Assembly: GCA_977017645.1 (NCBI GenBank)
Contig: OZ360220.1
Coordinates: 128,464,001-128,528,000, forward strand
DNA from: Torpedo marmorata
Lineage: Eukaryota
Direction: 5' to 3'
DNA length: 64,000 nt
Part shown: piece after piece, positions 59,801 through 64,000 of the stretch
Layout of the letters: each line of letters starts with the position of its first letter
How positions within the stretch are numbered: the stretch's first letter is position 1
Notes under the pieces: model-generated
What the model saw: only the letters and a program-made list of their open reading frames with translations
The model's database searches: none
What the model was told of the DNA's origin: nothing
Translations under genes and position numbers: made by a program

Positions 59801-61685
59801 AAACCAATACTTCCGTTGCCTTCTCAGAAACACAGGAGAATTCATCATTAGAATCAGAATTTATTGTCATGTCCATGTCACAAAATTTGTTGTTTTGCGG
59901 GAGCATTACAGTGCAGATATTGCTATAAAATGACATTTAAAAATAAAAAAGCGCAAAAATAAGAGAAAGTGAGGTAGTGTTCTGTGGGTAATTGTCAATT
60001 CAGAAATCTGATGGCAGAGGGGAAGAAGCTGTCCTTTTGCTGCTGGGTGTTAAGTCTTCAGGCTCATGTTACACCTGCCCGAAAATAGCAGCGTGAAGAG
60101 GGCATGGCCTGGGTGATGAGGGTCCTTAAGGATAGAGGCTCCAGTGTTTGACCAATATCAATACCTCAAGCAACACAATTAAAGCAAATTACCTTCTTAT
60201 TTCAGTCATTTGTAGGTTCCTGCCTGATGTACAGTGTGATCCAGAAATGAGAGTTAGAGCAAGAGTGTGCAACAGCAAGACTGTTTAAATAGTGAGAGGT
60301 ATAAGTGGAGTGGCCATTGTGAGAGTAGCCAGAGTTTGAGTGGGGAGTTGAGGCTTTGGCTCAAGAGGTTACAGCGAGAAGAGGCTGAAGCCAAAGAAGC
60401 AAGTAAGAAGGGGGAACATTAGGGGGAACTTCTTCACACAGAGAGCAGTGGGAGTGTGGAACCAACTGCCAGTTGAAGTGGTGAATGCACGCTCAATTTT
60501 CACATTTAAGAAAAATTTGGACAGGTACATGGCTGGGAGCACTATGGAGTGGATGCAGGTCAGTGGGACTAGGCAGAATAATAGTTTGGCACAGACTAGA
60601 AGGGCTGAATGGCCTGTTTTCTGTGCTGTAATGTTCCATGGCTCTAAGTAAATTGGCTGTGATGTCTCCAAAGTTACAAGTGACTTCCCAAATACTTAAT
60701 GAAGCACATTTTAGATCAAGAAAGCAGTCATGTAAATACCTGTACAAATCTTTCTTAAAATTATGCTTTCCCCACCCTCTATTCCAAACCATTTATTTTC
60801 TCATAACCTTTCTCTGCTGCTCACTTTTCATGTTTAAAATTATGGACTGTGTCAACAACGTCAAGGTAAAGGTTCCATTATTGTCACGTAATACTACATT
60901 TAGAATGTAACATACATGAAATTCTTTAATTTTTGTCTACCGTAAGGCAGACAGAGGGTCGCTATTTTGTCCAGCGCCCCTCACAGAAACCTACAGCACC
61001 TGGTGTTCCCTCCAAGTACTGATCAGTCCTGTTCCTGCTTAGCTTCTGAGATCAGACAATCCCAGTTGTATTCAGGCTATTGGTGTTGTTTAGTCTCAGT
61101 AATTTATTCACCGTTAAAGATTTAATAAAAGGAGTAATTATCTTCTAAACCTTTAGTGGTGCAGTCAATATTAATCCTTTCTCATCAATCACTACTATAA
61201 ATATTTTCACCATAGCTTTTTACAGCCTCGCCGCGCGATATATTGCGCACGCGCAAACGTGCGGGTCTGCCGATCTGAGTGTGCACTACAGAATCGCGAA
61301 CTTTGAACAAACATGCGCGATATGGCCTTACGTCAAGACAAAATTCAGCTGTCCTTGCACATGCGTAGCTTGAGGGCGGCCACAGAGAAACCAATAGGAC
61401 ATATTTTGCAGTTTCGACCAGCGAGTGTACTCATTCCACAACCCGACGCCCCCCCCACCCCCAAAAAAAAATCTGGCAAGGCCTGCAAACAAGGCTGCGA
61501 CTTCTCCCTGCATCGTTCTCCCTGCATATTCCACATTTGCACATTTTTCTGAAGCCGGCTGAGAACCATTCTTCTAGAAACCCTGCGGAAGAATCGTTAC
61601 CTGCGGGATATTCGACGTATGTCAAGGACAGCGGCTGCCATCGGTCTTTCTCCACAGCAACCGAGCACTTTCCAACCGCCGCCAT
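41854..61685 (-). CDS. DOLPP1: Dolichyldiphosphatase 1, complete; 8 exons, 241 aa
   Basis: Exons 61685-61601, 52067-51967, 50691-50607, 48938-48839, 46420-46322, 45451-45323, 44228-44139 and 41890-41854 total 726 nt in one frame with GT-AG introns. PAP2 motifs KxxxxxxRP, PSSH and SRxxxxxHxxxQ; ends [12 protein letters not shown]. Confidence 0.97.
44139..44228 (-). CDS. DOLPP1: DOLPP1 exon 7 ([29 protein letters not shown])
   Basis: tag/gtaaga boundaries, 90 nt. Confidence 0.95.
45323..45451 (-). CDS. DOLPP1: DOLPP1 exon 6 ([14 protein letters not shown]...[10 protein letters not shown])
   Basis: cag/gtaagt boundaries; C3 catalytic His motif. Confidence 0.95.
46322..46420 (-). CDS. DOLPP1: DOLPP1 exon 5 ([32 protein letters not shown])
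   Basis: tag/gtaggt boundaries, 99 nt. Confidence 0.95.
46597..47444. mobile_element. Tc1/mariner (Tigger-like) MITE with a minisatellite and long hairpin
   Basis: TA TSD; TIR caggtagtcctcgacttacgacc / ggtcgtaagtcgaggactaccta; ccatccgagctcccgacg repeats at 46810-47090. Confidence 0.87.
47801..48495 (+). mobile_element. Non-autonomous retroposon with a GC-rich body and Rex1-like tail
   Basis: caagatggc 5' motif; ends gacaataaattgaatcttgaatctt; no recognisable protein. Confidence 0.65.
48839..48938 (-). CDS. DOLPP1: DOLPP1 exon 4 ([32 protein letters not shown])
   Basis: cag/gtctgt boundaries; YGMPSSH C2 motif. Confidence 0.95.
49588..49673 (+). mobile_element. Short Penelope-like tail fragment with a 10-bp TSD
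   Basis: tttgagctat at 49578-49587 and 49674-49683 flanks cctgctgagtttccccagc...gactttcgtgttttac. Confidence 0.65.
50020..50368 (+). mobile_element. Penelope-like terminal-repeat fragment
   Basis: Pyrimidine-rich body followed by tgaagaagggctcaggcttgaaacgtcg...cctgctgagttcctccagc. Confidence 0.72.
50607..50691 (-). CDS. DOLPP1: DOLPP1 exon 3 ([28 protein letters not shown])
   Basis: cag/gtgaga boundaries; PAP2 C1 motif. Confidence 0.95.
51967..52067 (-). CDS. DOLPP1: DOLPP1 exon 2 ([33 protein letters not shown])
   Basis: cag/gtaagt boundaries, 101 nt; FKRELH motif. Confidence 0.95.
55042..58756 (+). mobile_element. Penelope-like element (RT C-terminus, GIY-YIG endonuclease, terminal repeat), interrupted by Rex1
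   Basis: [10 protein letters not shown]...GYP...NKDRVP (55125-55480); [17 protein letters not shown] (about 58110-58165); 55042-55126 is an inverted partial copy of the 3' repeat at 58640-58716. Confidence 0.85.
55504..58066 (-). mobile_element. Rex1/Babar LINE with AP endonuclease and RT, frameshifted; nested in a Penelope-like element
   Basis: VAVYIPP and IIVGDFN (APE); [19 protein letters not shown] and KFADD (RT); same 3' tail. Confidence 0.92.
59347..59720 (-). mobile_element. Non-autonomous retroposon fragment with a gacaataaa tail
   Basis: The - strand ends cgacaataaatggaatcttgag, as in 47801-48495. Confidence 0.55.
59849..60141 (-). mobile_element. Rex1/Babar LINE 3' end, older copy
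   Basis: gaatcagaatttattgtcatg tail and the HPGHALF coding remnant. Confidence 0.8.
60280..60646 (+). mobile_element. CR1 3' end, apparently fused to 5'-UTR-like sequence
   Basis: ggggaacttcttcacacagagagc...gggctgaatggcctgttttctgtgctgta is a CR1 3' terminus; the upstream part is less certain. Confidence 0.65.
60863..61080 (-). mobile_element. 5S rRNA-derived SINE (SINE3)
   Basis: The - strand reads gtctgatctcagaagctaagcagg...agtacttgga...ggtgctgtaggttt (degenerate 5S, 60987-61080), followed by a non-5S tail ending gacaataa. Confidence 0.85.
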
Positions 61686-61800
61686 CTTTACCGCATCACG
61701 GCGATCTACCAACAACCAATCACACAGTTAGTGATGAGGGCTGCACAACCGAGTGTCAACCAATTGGAGATCGGTCACTATGGTGAATTCACCAATCACA
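61225..61800 (-). promoter_or_regulatory. DOLPP1 CpG-enriched promoter with three CCAAT boxes, a YY1-like site over the ATG and an NRF1-like site in intron 1
   Basis: Local CpG enrichment; CCAAT at 61716, 61760 and 61792; AAGATGGCGGC across the start codon; TGCGCACGCGCA at 61244-61255. Confidence 0.7.
61601..61685 (-). CDS. DOLPP1: DOLPP1 exon 1 ([28 protein letters not shown])
   Basis: aagATGG Kozak context; gtaacg donor; LTYVEYP motif. Confidence 0.94.
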
Positions 61801-64000
61801 GAACAATATTGGTTTTTCGCCAACAAGCTTACTACCAGAGTTAAGCTGGCTGCAGACAAATGGAAAACTGTTCAAAGTCGTTGCTCCCACTCCAGAACGC
61901 AGGCCACTCCACGTTTAATCTATTAGATAGCTACTTTGTGCAGACAGTGATCGCATACGCGCACAAAGACTAAGCTCCAAATCATTGTTGACTAATTTGC
62001 CAATCCTTGCAAGAAAACGGGGCTTACAAGAAAATACACGAAGTTGTCCAGTACCAATTTGTTCCCTCTCCTTCAAGCTCCAAAGGACAACCAAGGAAAT
62101 GATTCAAAACATTCTCCTCGCTCCTTGAAGAGGTGTGACAATCCTACATATCTATGGAACTCCCTTGTCCATAACTGCTCAAAGATGGAAAGCATTCAGA
62201 ACCATATTGAAAATCAAGTCCTTTGATCAAAAATAAGTAGAGCCCTGTGAAATTGAGGGAAGAAGTGCACTTTCACCTGCCCCATCTGTGGTAGTGGCTG
62301 TAGATTCCATATTAGCTTCATCTCCACTTTAGAACCTCATCTGCCTCAATTTTCAGATACAGGAGGGAAAGCAAAATATTCACTTTCCGTTATATGAGTC
62401 GCCATTCTCTTAATCCTCCATTAGATTTTTAAAACTTAACATATTAACCAAATATTTGGTTTTTCATTTGTGCAAATTGTAGAATGCGCAACAATAACAT
62501 ACATTGTTATGCCCTCAATTTAAGTGGTAATTTCTGTCATAGTTTTGCAATTCTAAAGCCCTTACTCTATATGCAAATGATCATACTATTGCTTTTTCTT
62601 TTCACATCTTTTTAATGTACTGATGAATACAAGACTAACAATGATGATCTTAAAAATAAAAATACAATTTCAATTCACAAGGCAAAGACTTTACATCAAA
62701 AGCAGTAATAAAAAAATAGAAATAGGCACACATTTATAAATAAAGAACGACTATTTTGGACTCTCATCCTTCAAGTCCCTAATCTTTCAAACATCTGAAT
62801 TTTTGAGAAATTTCAAAAGCAGCCACAACCCAGCTGCAAGAATTGATCCACACACTGCCGTAGGCGGTGCTTTAATAGTACAAGTGGGAAAACCTCAACT
62901 AAACAAGACTGTAACCAATTCATAGAAAGTAATTGATACTTACGCAAAATTAAAACTGAACTCATTGCCCACACCAAAAAGTATCTCTAGATCTACCAAT
63001 CTAAAACAACTGTCACAAATTCTAAAACAGAACTATTACATTTTGATCTGAATATTCTTGGGTACCATTGCTTTCTTCAACAACCCTTCCACCATTTCTT
63101 ATTCACAATGAATTTGGTTATTGGTAATGATTTACTCCAAAAATGCTGTTCTGTTTGGAATCAAATGAAGTGAATCAAAGAAATTATACTGGAAGTGACA
63201 AGGCGAGAAAAGTAGTGGAATCTGGGGGTATTCAGATCAGATTGTAGTGGTTCAGTTTAAGAGTTTGGTATTTGATAGTAAACTTTGGCATTGATAGAAC
63301 CCCCCCTCCCCCAAGGATGTGGTAATAGGTTGCAGACTGTTTTGCAACACCGCTATCGATTATTTTTTCATTGAATTTGTCAGTCTCATTTAGTTAAGTC
63401 TTTCCTCATGCATTATTACAGCAGCAGCTTTAGATCCATTTTTTTGTTTACATCCTCAACATTTCACAAATCTTTTACCCAATAGGTGACATTCTTTAAA
63501 GGAACTAAAAATATGATTTTTATGGAGATGTTAAAGGAAAAAGGTAATCAACACAATTAAATCATAAAACAAGAATAGTGAGATACAATGCTCCTGCAAC
63601 ATCAGGTTATCAGACAGACTCTTTGTCCATTTTTTATTTTTTACGTGTACAAAACAATTTGCCACATTTAATTCCCTACACCCAAGCCACTATCCAACTG
63701 ATGAAAGTTGGGTGATTTTCTCCAGACCAATTCATGTACCATTCAAAAAGGTAGTGTATTAATGAGGCCAGAGGATGACTTTCACATCAGTTTATTTTAC
63801 TCCCTTTTGCTTCCACAAAGCCCCCTCCCCCTCCCCCCCCCCCCCCACCCCACCATTCAGAACTTCCAAGACTCTTGTTACTTGGTTCCAAACAGGCAGG
63901 TTACATTTTACTGATGCCTTCTATTAATATATTGTTATAAAAAAGCATTGTTTTGAAATTCCAGCATTCCCTATTCTCGCGGACCACATAATGAGGGTTA

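Noticed and set aside
60987-61080. Functional 5S rRNA gene
   Set aside because: It is diverged, internally deleted, 5'-truncated and fused to a retroposon tail.
61431-61715. 94-aa ORF as a single-exon protein
   Set aside because: Only 61685-61601 is DOLPP1 exon 1. The listed start is non-ATG and the remainder runs past a GT donor into the intron.

Overview
Vertebrate genomic DNA, most likely a cartilaginous fish (inferred from its repeat repertoire); not prokaryotic. Two spliced genes converge tail-to-tail, as in human 9q34. On the + strand are the last 12 coding exons of carnitine O-acetyltransferase (CRAT, 1091-27049, ending in a PTS1 SKL); its 5' exons lie upstream of the window. On the - strand is the complete 8-exon dolichyldiphosphatase 1 (DOLPP1, 61685-41854, 241 aa) with a CpG/CCAAT promoter. 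All introns are GT-AG and both frames stay open. The rest is transposon-rich: a full-length but frameshifted Gypsy provirus (two LTRs, CCTG TSD, tRNA-Trp PBS, PPT), Rex1/Babar, CR1, L1 and RTE-X LINE pieces, a Penelope-like element whose terminal repeats carry hammerhead-ribozyme-like cores, a 5S-derived SINE, and Tigger/pogo-like and Harbinger-like MITEs. The most unusual observations are a composite MITE containing an inverted copy of nearby intron sequence and a duplicated retroviral-RT-like (HYIDD) fragment, a cargo repeat shared between two MITE superfamilies, a 68-bp-arm hairpin, and an LTR poly(A) signal placed where it could terminate DOLPP1 mRNA. I found no clearly new protein-coding system. 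There is one 154-N assembly gap.
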